Assembly: GCA_020633725.1 (NCBI GenBank)
Contig: JACKDC010000004.1
Location: 261,085 to 325,084, forward strand
Origin: Candidatus Latescibacterota bacterium
GTDB taxonomy: Bacteria; Krumholzibacteriota; Krumholzibacteriia; JACNKJ01
Direction: 5' to 3'
DNA: 64,000 nucleotides
A model generated the notes under the pieces. That model was not told the DNA's origin and did not search any database. It worked only from the letters and a program-made list of their open reading frames with translations. The stretch's first letter is position 1, and every line of letters starts with the position of its first letter. This document shows, piece by piece, positions 1-8,239 of this stretch. The translations under genes were made by a program, and so were the position numbers.

Positions 1-1
1 C

Positions 2-1669
2 TACACGCCCACCCTGCGCGTGGTGGACGCCCAGGGCCGCGAGGCGCGCCGCGCGCTGGAGGGCGGCGTGGAGATCGTCTTCGATGGCCCGCTCTGGACC
101 GTGGACGCCGCGGCCGGCGCCCCCGACGGCGACGGCAGCCCCGCGCGCCCCTTCGCCGACATCCAGCAGGCCATCAACGCCGCGGCGCCGGGCGACACGG
201 TGCGCGTGCTGCCGGGCGTCTACCGCGGCGCGATGAACACGGCCCTCGACAACGCCGGCAAGGCGCTGCTGCTGCTGGCCGCCGGCGAGCCGGGCGACGT
301 GCGCATCGACGGCGAGGGCGAGCATCGCCTGCTCCGACTCGACGCCGCCGGCACGCCGGTGGGCAGCGCGTCGCCGCTCGTACGCCTCGAGGGCTTCACG
401 CTGGAGCGCGGCGCCGATCCGCTGCGAGGCGGGGGCATCCTCGCCGAGGGCGTGAGCCTCGAACTCGTCGACTGCACTGTCGAGAACTGCCAGACGCTCA
501 AGGACGTCGGCGCCGGCGGCGCGATCTGGTGCGACCGCGATCTGCGCCTCGAGCGGTGCAGCTTCCTCGAGAACCGCAGCGGCGGCGACGGCGGCGCGAT
601 TTTCGCCGCCGGCGGCAGCGTGCAGCTCGACGGCTGCCGCTTCGACGCCAACGCCGCGGGCGCCGAGGGCGGCGCGCTCTGGCAGGGCGGCGGCGTGCTG
701 GCCGCGGCGCGCAGCGCCTTCGTGGACAACGCGGCGCTCCTGCGCGGCGGCGCGCTGGGTCTGCTCGGCGTGAACGCGGGCCTCGACGCCCTGCGCTTCA
801 CCGGCAACGTGGTCACGGCCCCCGCCGGCGACCTCCGCGGCGGCGGCGCGGTGGCCTGGGAGGCGCCCGGCGCCGACCTGCTCGTCACCAACTGCCTCTT
901 CACGGGCAACGAAGCCCCGGAGGGCGGCGCGCTGCGCGCCGACGGCGGACGCCTCAGCGGCGCACAGCTCACCTTCTGGGGCAACCGCGCCCTGCGCCGC
1001 GGCGGCGCCCTGGCGCTCATGGGGACGGGCGAGGCCGACCCCGTGATCGCGAACAGCATCCTCTGGGGCGACGCGGCGCCCGAGGGGTCGGAGTTCGCGG
1101 CGCCCGGCGGCGCGGAGTTCCGTCACTGCGTGCTGGCCGGCGGCGCCGGCGGCAAGCTCGTAATCGACCTCGACCCGCGCTTCCGCGACCCCGACGGCGG
1201 CGACTTCTCCCTCGACGACGACAGCCCCTGCCTCGGCGCTGGCGCCCGCGAGGGCGTGCCCGCCCTCGACCTCGACGGCGAACCCCGCCCGCAGCCCGCC
1301 GGCAGCCTGCCCGACCTGGGCGCGCTCGAGTCGCCGCTCACGGGGTCCACCGCCGCGCCCGAGACCGCGCCGAGCGGCCTCGTCTTCGGCGGCGCCTATC
1401 CCAACCCCTTCAATCCGCGCACGACCTTCAGCTTCTCGCTGCCCGCGCCCGGCGACGTGACGCTCCAGGTCTTCCAGTCCTCCGGCCGCCAGGTGGCCGA
1501 GGTGCTGGAGCCGCAGCCCCTGGCCGCCGGCGACCACAGCGTGCCCTGGGTCGCGCGCGACGAGGCCGGCCAGCCCCTGGCCAGCGGGATCTACCTCGCG
1601 CGGCTCTCGGTGCACTACGCCGACGGCGGCGAGGACCGCGCGATGCAGAAGGTGCTGCTGGTCAAATAG
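2..1669 (+). CDS. secreted right-handed beta-helix repeat protein with T9SS-type C-terminal sorting domain; 5' end probably lies outside the window
   Basis: Frame open to window edge (track M at 20 may be internal); repetitive Gly/Ala-rich beta-helix-like segments; C-terminus YPNPFNPRTTFSFSLP...GIYLARL...KVLLVK matches CTD of 7 other proteins in window. Confidence 0.6.
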   Translation, partial: YTPTLRVVDAQGREARRALEGGVEIVFDGPLWTVDAAAGAPDGDGSPARPFADIQQAINAAAPGDTVRVLPGVYRGAMNTALDNAGKALLLLAAGEPGDVRIDGEGEHRLLRLDAAGTPVGSASPLVRLEGFTLERGADPLRGGGILAEGVSLELVDCTVENCQTLKDVGAGGAIWCDRDLRLERCSFLENRSGGDGGAIFAAGGSVQLDGCRFDANAAGAEGGALWQGGGVLAAARSAFVDNAALLRGGALGLLGVNAGLDALRFTGNVVTAPAGDLRGGGAVAWEAPGADLLVTNCLFTGNEAPEGGALRADGGRLSGAQLTFWGNRALRRGGALALMGTGEADPVIANSILWGDAAPEGSEFAAPGGAEFRHCVLAGGAGGKLVIDLDPRFRDPDGGDFSLDDDSPCLGAGAREGVPALDLDGEPRPQPAGSLPDLGALESPLTGSTAAPETAPSGLVFGGAYPNPFNPRTTFSFSLPAPGDVTLQVFQSSGRQVAEVLEPQPLAAGDHSVPWVARDEAGQPLASGIYLARLSVHYADGGEDRAMQKVLLVK

Positions 1670-1677
1670 CCGCGCTC

Positions 1678-1732
1678 GCGAGTGCTTTGCCTCGCTTCGC
1701 ACGGACGTGAGGCGCTCGGCCAAAGCACTCGC
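1678..1732 (+). terminator. long stem-loop (14-bp stem 1678-1691/1719-1732) downstream of first CDS; no T-tract
   Basis: Inverted repeat gcgagtgctttgcc ... ggcaaagcactcgc read directly from sequence. Confidence 0.3.
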
Positions 1733-1773
1733 TCGCTGGCGTGGCACTCAAACTTGACTCGCCTGTCCTGAAA

Positions 1774-1791
1774 CCCGCCCCCGGGGGCGGG
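1774..1791. repeat. REP-like perfect palindrome CCCGCCCCCGGGGGCGGG (copy 1 of 7)
   Basis: Exact 18-nt self-complementary sequence; intergenic. Confidence 0.6.
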
Positions 1792-1830
1792 AGGCTGGGG
1801 CGCGCCGTGCGATTCCGTGCACTTGCCCCC

Positions 1831-1859
1831 TTGCCCCGCGAAGAAGAATACTATACATT
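1831..1859 (+). promoter_or_regulatory. sigma70-like promoter TTGCCC-N17-TACATT, part of duplicated conserved element (copy 1)
   Basis: AT-rich hexamer in 70% GC background; near-identical block atactatacatt and downstream leader conserved with copy at 18739-18790. Confidence 0.45.
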
Positions 1860-1950
1860 GGTATCCATGACAAGGGGTGGGATGCAGTTTCTTTCGAAGT
1901 CGGACGGAAGTTGCGACGGGACTGGCGGCCCTGCACGCGGGAGCTCTCCA

Positions 1951-1968
1951 CCCGCCCCCGGGGGCGGG
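1951..1968. repeat. REP-like palindrome CCCGCCCCCGGGGGCGGG (copy 2)
   Basis: Exact match; lies in leader between element promoter and CDS 1990. Confidence 0.6.
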
Positions 1969-1989
1969 TGGCCATGCTACAATTGGAGA

Positions 1990-3189
1990 ATGAAGCCGAC
2001 GATTGCCTCTGTTGGGAGTGCCTGGCTAGTCGTGATTGCCGTGCTGGGGGCGGGACCCGCGCGCTCTGCGACGCACCTGGTACCAGAGGGGCACTCGACG
2101 ATCCAGGGGGCACTGGCTGCTGCGGCGTCCGGCGACACGGTCAGCATCGCGCCGGGCACCTACTACGAGCACGACCTTGTGTGGCCGCCGGGGGTCCTGA
2201 TACTTGGCAGAGCAAGCAGCCCAGAACAGGTCGTGATCGATGGCCAGTTTCAAGGGCAGATCGTAGGTGGCGAGAACCTCGTCGGCGGGTCCGAGATCGG
2301 CTTTCTGACTCTCAGAGGTGGACTCGGGGCGGGGCTCTACGGCAGCGGGCTTCTGGCCAGCGGCGAAGCCTTCATCCATGACATCACGATCGAAGATTGT
2401 TCGGCCTCTCATGCGATCTACGGCATTGGCCTCTGTTCACTCGGCAAGATCACGATCTCGGACTGCACGCTGCGCCGAAACACCTCGACGGCTGCTGGTA
2501 CCCATGGCGGGGGGGCCTATCTGGCCAGCACAGGGCTAGGACTGACCTTCAGCATTTCGAATCTGGAAGTACATGAGAATGACGCGGAGCACGGGGCTGG
2601 AGTCTATGTGAACGGTTCACAGGGGACCATCTCCGGCCTGTACGCGCACGACAATCTTGGCTCCGGGCTCTCGGTATACGATGGGGACTGGGGGACCGGG
2701 CCCAGGGTCGAGAACTCCCTGTTCATCTCGAATGAGGGGTCGGGGGTCACCTTTGACGCAAGCCTGATCATGCAAAGTTGTACCGTGGTCGACAATGGTC
2801 CCGCGGGTTCCTGGATCGGCGGCATCAGTTGCGGTTCCACCTGGGACCATCCGCACAACCCGAGCATCACTCAGTGCATCGTGTTCGACAACAGAGGGTC
2901 GGGGATCAGCTGGTTGGATCCAACTTCGTTCGCGCTCAGCTGCAACGACGTCTACGGCAACGCCTACGCGAACTACGTCAACCTCGCCGACCAGACGGGG
3001 CTGAACGGCAACCTCTCCGAGGACCCGCGATTCTGCGGCCGCGGCGGCAGCCCCTACGCGCTCGCGGCCGACTCCCCCTGCGCGCCGGATAACAACGGCT
3101 GCGGCGTGCTGATGGGCGCCTTCCCGGTGGCCTGCGAGGGCACGGCCACGGAATCTCGCAACTGGAGCTCGATCAAGGCGCTGTACTGA
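1990..3189 (+). CDS. secreted right-handed beta-helix repeat protein (no CTD)
   Basis: ATG 1990 with GGAG 1985-1988 and/or TGCTACAAT 1973-1981 (possible leaderless start); signal peptide MKPTIASVGSAWLVVIAVLGAGPARSA; C-terminal NGNLSEDPRFC...DSPC..NNGCGV motif shared with CDS 60232. Confidence 0.7.
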   Translation: MKPTIASVGSAWLVVIAVLGAGPARSATHLVPEGHSTIQGALAAAASGDTVSIAPGTYYEHDLVWPPGVLILGRASSPEQVVIDGQFQGQIVGGENLVGGSEIGFLTLRGGLGAGLYGSGLLASGEAFIHDITIEDCSASHAIYGIGLCSLGKITISDCTLRRNTSTAAGTHGGGAYLASTGLGLTFSISNLEVHENDAEHGAGVYVNGSQGTISGLYAHDNLGSGLSVYDGDWGTGPRVENSLFISNEGSGVTFDASLIMQSCTVVDNGPAGSWIGGISCGSTWDHPHNPSITQCIVFDNRGSGISWLDPTSFALSCNDVYGNAYANYVNLADQTGLNGNLSEDPRFCGRGGSPYALAADSPCAPDNNGCGVLMGAFPVACEGTATESRNWSSIKALY

Positions 3190-3220
3190 TCCGCCGCCCG
3201 TGGCGCGCGAGCCGACGCAA

Positions 3221-3238
3221 CCCGCCCCCGGGGGCGGG
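3221..3238. repeat. REP-like palindrome (copy 3), 32 nt after stop of CDS 1990..3189
   Basis: Exact CCCGCCCCCGGGGGCGGG. Confidence 0.6.
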
Positions 3239-3252
3239 TGCGGCTCTACCCG

Positions 3253-3873
3253 CTAGCCCAGCGCCTCGCTGATCGCGCCGATGCCGCTGAACATCTCGCG
3301 GGCGGCGGCGACGAGCACGTCGGCGTCGGCCGGGGCGAAGCCGACGGCGTCCATGTCCCGCTTGAACTGCGCCCACTTGGCCGGCTGTTCGGCGCCGTAG
3401 GGGTCGAGGTAGCGCTGGCCGTGGCCGTTCAGTCCCAGGGCCGGGGCGAGCTGCCGCACGATGTAGCGGTTGCCGTTGTTGCTGCCCTCGAGGACGTAGT
3501 GGTAGCCGAGCAGGGCGAGGGGCGTCTCCGCGGCCGCGCGCTCGATGGACGCCACCAGGGCGGCCGTGGCGGGCAGGGGCGTCACGGCGGCGGGATCCTG
3601 ACCGAGGGCGTCCAGGTCCTCCAGCAGGTAGGGCTCCTGTAGCTGCTCCTCGCGGAGGGCGGCGAAGGCCGGGCTGCCCATCAGCGCGCGCAGCGGGGCC
3701 TCGAGCGCGCGGTGGACCAGGAGCATCTGGCCGAGCCAGCGGGCGTAGTCGTCGCGGGTGAGTTCGCCCTTCACCATGCGGCGCTGGAAGTCCTTGCCCT
3801 CGGCGCTGCTGTGCAGGTCGGCGGTCTCGGCGCGCAGGCGCTCCATGACGGTGGGTGCGGCGGACGCGGACAT
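3253..3873 (-). CDS. heme oxygenase-like protein (biliverdin-producing HO family)
   Basis: N-terminal pattern LRxETxxxHxxxE...F..G.LTRDDY..L..M..V and GSNNGNRYIVRQL resemble HO-1/HmuO signature regions; GGGAGG RBS 4 nt upstream of ATG 3873. Confidence 0.55.
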   Translation of the reverse strand: MSASAAPTVMERLRAETADLHSSAEGKDFQRRMVKGELTRDDYARWLGQMLLVHRALEAPLRALMGSPAFAALREEQLQEPYLLEDLDALGQDPAAVTPLPATAALVASIERAAAETPLALLGYHYVLEGSNNGNRYIVRQLAPALGLNGHGQRYLDPYGAEQPAKWAQFKRDMDAVGFAPADADVLVAAAREMFSGIGAISEALG

Positions 3874-3883
3874 CGATCCTCCC

Positions 3884-4024
3884 TCAGAAGCCCAGAAAGC
3901 CCCAGAACATGATCGCCAGGGGCACCAGCAGCCAGAGCAGACCCTTGATCAGGAAGAAGAGAAAGCCCAGTGCACCCAGGCGCTTGAGCCAGCGGCGGCC
4001 GTTGCGACGAGGCGTGGGTTCCAT
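3884..4024 (-). CDS. small hydrophobic membrane peptide (46 aa)
   Basis: ATG 4024 preceded by GGGGAG; sequence MEPTPRRNGRRWLKRLGALGFLFFLIKGLLWLLVPLAIMFWGFLGF; sits between pcm and heme-oxygenase genes on same strand. Confidence 0.4.
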   Translation of the reverse strand: MEPTPRRNGRRWLKRLGALGFLFFLIKGLLWLLVPLAIMFWGFLGF

Positions 4025-4083
4025 GGCATCTCCCCGGGGTGAGGCCGCCCTCGTGGCGGCGTCGGCGCAGAAGTTAGTCCAGC

Positions 4084-4749
4084 CTAAGCGCGGCTGCCAG
4101 GGTTTTCTTCCCCGCGCAGGGGGACGAAACGCACGGGCAGCAAGCGGCGTTCCCGCAGGCGGTGGCCGTCGCGCTCCACAAGCAGCAGCGACTGCACTTC
4201 GTCCACCGGGCCCACCGGGATGAGCAGGCGGCCGCCGTCGGCGAGCTGGTCGGTCAGCGCCGGCGGGACGCTTGCGGCCGCGGCCGTCACCAGGATCGCC
4301 GCGAAGGGGGCGGCCTCGGGCCAGCCGGCGCGGCCGTCGCCCACGCGCAGGTGGACGTCCCCGCAGCCGGCCTGGCGCAGGGTCTCGGCGGCGCGCGCGG
4401 CCAGAACCGGGTCCAGCTCCACGCTGTAGGTCTCCGCCCCCAGCTGCGCCAGCAGCGCCGCCTGGTAGCCCGAACCGGTGCCGATCTCGAGCACCCGGTC
4501 GCCGGCGTGCAGCGCGGCGGCCTCCAGCATGAGCGCCACGATGTAGGGCTGGCTGATCGTCTGGTCCGGCCCCAGGGGCAGGGGGCTGTCGGCGTAGGCG
4601 CGGTCGGCCCACTCGCGGGGGACGAAACGCTCCCGAGGCAACTCGCCCATGGCGGCGAGCACCCGGGGATCGGCGATGCCCCGGCCCGCTAGCTGCCGCG
4701 TGACCATGAGCGCCCGCGCGCGGTCGAAATCGGTGAACTTCTTGCCCAT
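4084..4749 (-). CDS. pcm: protein-L-isoaspartate O-methyltransferase
   Basis: TISQPYIVALMLE and VLEIGTGSGYQAALLA SAM-binding motifs typical of PIMT; start re-placed at ATG 4749 (MGKKFTDF). Confidence 0.85.
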   Translation of the reverse strand: MGKKFTDFDRARALMVTRQLAGRGIADPRVLAAMGELPRERFVPREWADRAYADSPLPLGPDQTISQPYIVALMLEAAALHAGDRVLEIGTGSGYQAALLAQLGAETYSVELDPVLAARAAETLRQAGCGDVHLRVGDGRAGWPEAAPFAAILVTAAAASVPPALTDQLADGGRLLIPVGPVDEVQSLLLVERDGHRLRERRLLPVRFVPLRGEENPGSRA

Positions 4750-4795
4750 AGTTGCGTAGACCCGGATGAATCCGCCACTTAGGCGCCGGGGCCAT

Positions 4796-4824
4796 TTGAC
4801 CTTCACCCCGGCATCCGGTAGATT
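4796..4824 (+). promoter_or_regulatory. sigma70-like promoter TTGACC-N17-TAGATT upstream of ABC operon
   Basis: Hexamers read from sequence; AGGAGG RBS at 4844-4849 precedes ATG 4861. Confidence 0.4.
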
Positions 4825-4860
4825 CTCCCTTTCCGCATCCTAGCAGGAGGTACCACGACG

Positions 4861-6723
4861 ATGAAGTTGGGACTGCGCGGCCTCGCCGTCACGCTGGTGT
4901 TGTTCTTCGCGGTGCAGGCGCAGGCCGAGCCCGGTGTCCCGGGCGTACCCCCCGAACTGGGCGGTCCCGGCTTCGAGGAGTGGGTGGCGGCGCACCCCGA
5001 GGAGGGGTGGGAGACCCGTGAGGCCACGGTGTCCGGCAACCCGAACGCGGTGAAGGGCGGCCGGCTGCGGATGTCCATCCCCGAGTTCCCCGCCACGCTG
5101 CGCACCGAGGGCAAGGACTCCAACAGCGTCTTCATCACCTCCGTGGCCGGACTGCTCTACGAACCCCTGCTCACCCTGGATTCGAACACGCTGGAGATCG
5201 TGCCCGTGCTGGCCACGCACTGGAAGACCTCCGAGGACAAGATGACCTTCAGCTTCCGCATCAACCCGGAGGCGCGCTGGTCCGACGGCGCCGCGGTGAC
5301 CGCCGACGACGTCACCGCCACCTGGCGGCTGCTCACCGACGAGGGCATTCTCATGCCCTACACGAACATCCTCTACGGCAAGTACGCGGAGCCGGTGGCG
5401 GTGAGCCCCTACCTCTTCAGCGTGACCACCACCGAGGAGAACTGGCGGCACTTCCTCTACTTCGCCATCTCCATGCGCATCCTGCCGGCGCACATCATCG
5501 GCGGACTCGACGGCAGCGAGTACCTCGAGGAGTTCCAGTTCAAGATGGTGCCCGGCACCGGCCCCTACCTGCTGAAGCAGGAGAACATCGACACGGGCCG
5601 CAGCCTCATGCTCACCCGGCGCACCGACTGGTGGGGCGCGAACCTGCCCGAGAACGCCGGCCTCTACAACTTCGACGAGATCGAGTGGCTCACGATCATG
5701 GACGAGCGCCTCGACCTGGAGAAGTTCAAGAAGGGCGAGCTGGACGTCTACGTGGTCAGCCGCGCGAGCTGGTGGGTGAACGAGTTCAACTACGACGAGG
5801 TGGAGCGCGGCGTCTGCCTCAAGCGGAAGGTCTACAACGAGAAGGTGCAGGGCATCGCCGGGCTGGCGTTCAACATGCGCGAGTGGCCCTTCGACGACAT
5901 CCGCATCCGCAAGGCCTTCGCCCACCTCTACGACCGCGACAAGCTCATCGACAAGCTCTTCTACAACGAGTACGAGAAGCTCTACTCCTACTTCCCGGCC
6001 AGCGTGTACGAGAATCCGAACAACGTGCACTACGAGTACGATCCCGAGCTGGCCAAGCAGCTCCTCGCCGAGGCCGGCTACAAGACCCGCAACGCGGACG
6101 GCTGGTTGCAGAACGACAAGGGCGAGATCATCGAGCTCACGCTCACCTTCGACACGCCGAGCTGGGAGCGCATCCACACGGTGCTGCAGGAGGATCTGCA
6201 GAAGGCCGGCATCAAGCTGAACCTGAAGCAGCTCACGTCGATCACGCAGTTCCAGAACAACATGGACCACAACTTCAAGCTGGCCTTCCAGAGCTGGGGC
6301 GGCCTCTTCTGGCCCAACCCGAACAGCTCCTTCCACTCCACCACGGCCGACCAGACGCCCTCGACGAACATCACCGGCGTGAAGGACGCCATGATCGACT
6401 CGCTGGCAACGCTCTACGACGAGGAGTACGACCCGGCCCTGCGCGTGGACTACATCAAGCAGATCGATCGCCGCCTCTCCGAGATCTGCCCCTACGGGCT
6501 CGCCTGGTACGGTCCCTTCCAGCGCGTGGTGTTCTGGAACAAGTTCGGCTACCCGGACGGCTACCTCGGCCGCACGGGCGACTACCTGGCCATCCAGACC
6601 TACTGGTACGTGGATCCCGCGAAGGAGAAGGCCATGGAAGAGGCCATCGCGGATCCGTCGAAGCGGCTGCCGACGGGCGAGGTCGAGGACAAGTACTGGC
6701 TGCGCAAGCTGGGCAAGCTCTAG
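4861..6723 (+). CDS. ABC transporter substrate-binding protein, family 5 (oligopeptide/dipeptide-type)
   Basis: Signal peptide MKLGLRGLAVTLVLFFAVQAQA; length and overall sequence resemble OppA/DppA/YejA-type SBPs; first of 5-gene operon. Confidence 0.8.
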   Translation: MKLGLRGLAVTLVLFFAVQAQAEPGVPGVPPELGGPGFEEWVAAHPEEGWETREATVSGNPNAVKGGRLRMSIPEFPATLRTEGKDSNSVFITSVAGLLYEPLLTLDSNTLEIVPVLATHWKTSEDKMTFSFRINPEARWSDGAAVTADDVTATWRLLTDEGILMPYTNILYGKYAEPVAVSPYLFSVTTTEENWRHFLYFAISMRILPAHIIGGLDGSEYLEEFQFKMVPGTGPYLLKQENIDTGRSLMLTRRTDWWGANLPENAGLYNFDEIEWLTIMDERLDLEKFKKGELDVYVVSRASWWVNEFNYDEVERGVCLKRKVYNEKVQGIAGLAFNMREWPFDDIRIRKAFAHLYDRDKLIDKLFYNEYEKLYSYFPASVYENPNNVHYEYDPELAKQLLAEAGYKTRNADGWLQNDKGEIIELTLTFDTPSWERIHTVLQEDLQKAGIKLNLKQLTSITQFQNNMDHNFKLAFQSWGGLFWPNPNSSFHSTTADQTPSTNITGVKDAMIDSLATLYDEEYDPALRVDYIKQIDRRLSEICPYGLAWYGPFQRVVFWNKFGYPDGYLGRTGDYLAIQTYWYVDPAKEKAMEEAIADPSKRLPTGEVEDKYWLRKLGKL

Positions 6724-6738
6724 TCCCGGCCGCGTACG

Positions 6739-8232
6739 ATGACCAGCTACTTCATCCGGCGCTTTCTGCTCATCATCCCCACCTTCCTGGGGATCACCGT
6801 GCTGGTGTTCACCATCATGCAGCTCGTGCCCGGCGGTCCGCTGGAGCAGGAGCTGCTGAAGCTGCAGGCCGGCATGATGATGGGCGGCGAGGCGGCGGGC
6901 GGCGGGGACATGAACCAGGTGGGCGGGATCGAGATCCCGCCGGCCGCGCTCGAGGAGATGCGGCGCTTCTACGGCTTCGACAAGCCGATCCACATCCGCT
7001 ATCTGCGCTGGCTCGGTCTCTGGCCACGGGAGATGGACGGCGTCACGCTCACCCCGAACGAGTGGAAGAAGATCAGCAAGGGCGTGCGGGCGCGCGCCGT
7101 GCCCACGGGCGCCGGCGATGGCGCCGACGCCTACCAGCTCGAGTGGGACTACAGCGACCTGCTCGAGCGCTGGCAGGTGGCCGAGGTCCTGCCGCCGGCG
7201 GAGGGCGCGAGCGACTCGACCGTGATCGTCGCCTGGCTCAAGTTCAAGGGTGCCTGGGTGCGCAAGATGGAGGACAGCACCGCCGTCCAGCCCGGCCACT
7301 GGACCACGCTGCCGGGCGAGGTCCGCGCCCGCGTGGATCGCGGCGACGAGGGCTGGAAGGTGACCCTCGACACCGACGCGGTGAACGCGAAGTGGAAGAT
7401 CACCGAGGTCACTCCCCCCGATGACAGCAATCCCGCACCGCGCATCGTCGTCGCCTGGACGCGCTTCAGCGGCCTGCTCACCGGCGACCTGGGCCGCAGC
7501 TACGTCTACGCGGAGCCGGTGGGGGCGGTCATCAAGAAGCGCTTCCCGGTGTCGATCTACTTCGGGCTGACGGGCTTCCTGCTCTCCTACCTCGTCTGCA
7601 TTCCCCTCGGCGTCTTCAAGGCCATCAAGCACACCAGCCGCTTCGACGTGGCCACCAGCGCCGTGGTCTTCCTCGGCTACTCCATCCCCGGCTGGGCGCT
7701 CGGCGCGGTGCTGCTGGTGCTCTTCGGCGGTGGAAGCTTCTGGAACGTCTTCCCGCTCGGCGAATTCCGCAGCGCGGGCTGGGAGACCTTCAGCACCTGG
7801 CACAAGATCACCGACCAGCTGCACCACACCATCCTGCCGGTGGTGGCCTACATGGTGGGCAGCTTCGCCACGCTGACCGTGGTGATGAAGAACTCGCTCC
7901 TGGAGAACCTGGGTCAGGACTACGTGCGCACGGCCTTCGCGAAGGGCCTGCACGAGCGGCGCGTGGTCTTCGTGCACGCCCTGCGCAACAGCCTCATCCC
8001 CATCGCCACGGGCCTGGGCCATCTGCTCAGCCTGATCCTGGCGGGGAGCTACCTCATCGAGAAGGTCTTCAACATCCAGGGCTTCGGCCTGCTGGGCTTC
8101 ACCAGCATCATCAAGCGCGACTATCCGGTGGTGCTGGGCATCCTCGTCATCGGCTCGCTGCTCAGGCTCTTCGGCAACATCTTCAGCGACATTCTCTACG
8201 CGGTCATCGACCCGCGCATCCGCTTCAAGTAG
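6739..8232 (+). CDS. ABC transporter permease (OppB/YejB-like with large periplasmic insertion)
   Basis: N-terminus MTSYFIRRFLLIIPTFLGITVLVFTIMQLVPGGP typical of OppB/DppB family; multiple TM segments. Confidence 0.85.
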   Translation: MTSYFIRRFLLIIPTFLGITVLVFTIMQLVPGGPLEQELLKLQAGMMMGGEAAGGGDMNQVGGIEIPPAALEEMRRFYGFDKPIHIRYLRWLGLWPREMDGVTLTPNEWKKISKGVRARAVPTGAGDGADAYQLEWDYSDLLERWQVAEVLPPAEGASDSTVIVAWLKFKGAWVRKMEDSTAVQPGHWTTLPGEVRARVDRGDEGWKVTLDTDAVNAKWKITEVTPPDDSNPAPRIVVAWTRFSGLLTGDLGRSYVYAEPVGAVIKKRFPVSIYFGLTGFLLSYLVCIPLGVFKAIKHTSRFDVATSAVVFLGYSIPGWALGAVLLVLFGGGSFWNVFPLGEFRSAGWETFSTWHKITDQLHHTILPVVAYMVGSFATLTVVMKNSLLENLGQDYVRTAFAKGLHERRVVFVHALRNSLIPIATGLGHLLSLILAGSYLIEKVFNIQGFGLLGFTSIIKRDYPVVLGILVIGSLLRLFGNIFSDILYAVIDPRIRFK

Positions 8233-8239
8233 GGGAGTG

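Noticed and set aside
529-1710. Many long Arg/Pro/Ala/Gly-rich ORFs overlapping or antisense to real genes (e.g. 529..1710+, 4840..8319- 1159 aa, 18801..21692+ 963 aa, 27689..29302-, 28303..30276+, 34579..36471+, 34790..36673-, 36930..38603-, 47651..49249+, 58920..60776+)
   Set aside because: Typical GC-rich shadow ORFs: low-complexity RPAG composition, no motifs, and each overlaps a partner frame with clear domain signatures or RBS/signal peptides
1741-1989. Upstream in-frame extension of CDS 1990 (MALKLDSPV..., MQFLSKSDG...)
   Set aside because: Extension covers the conserved promoter/leader element and the REP palindrome; MKPT start gives a canonical signal peptide with RBS; in-frame ATG in the conserved block is in a different frame in the second element copy
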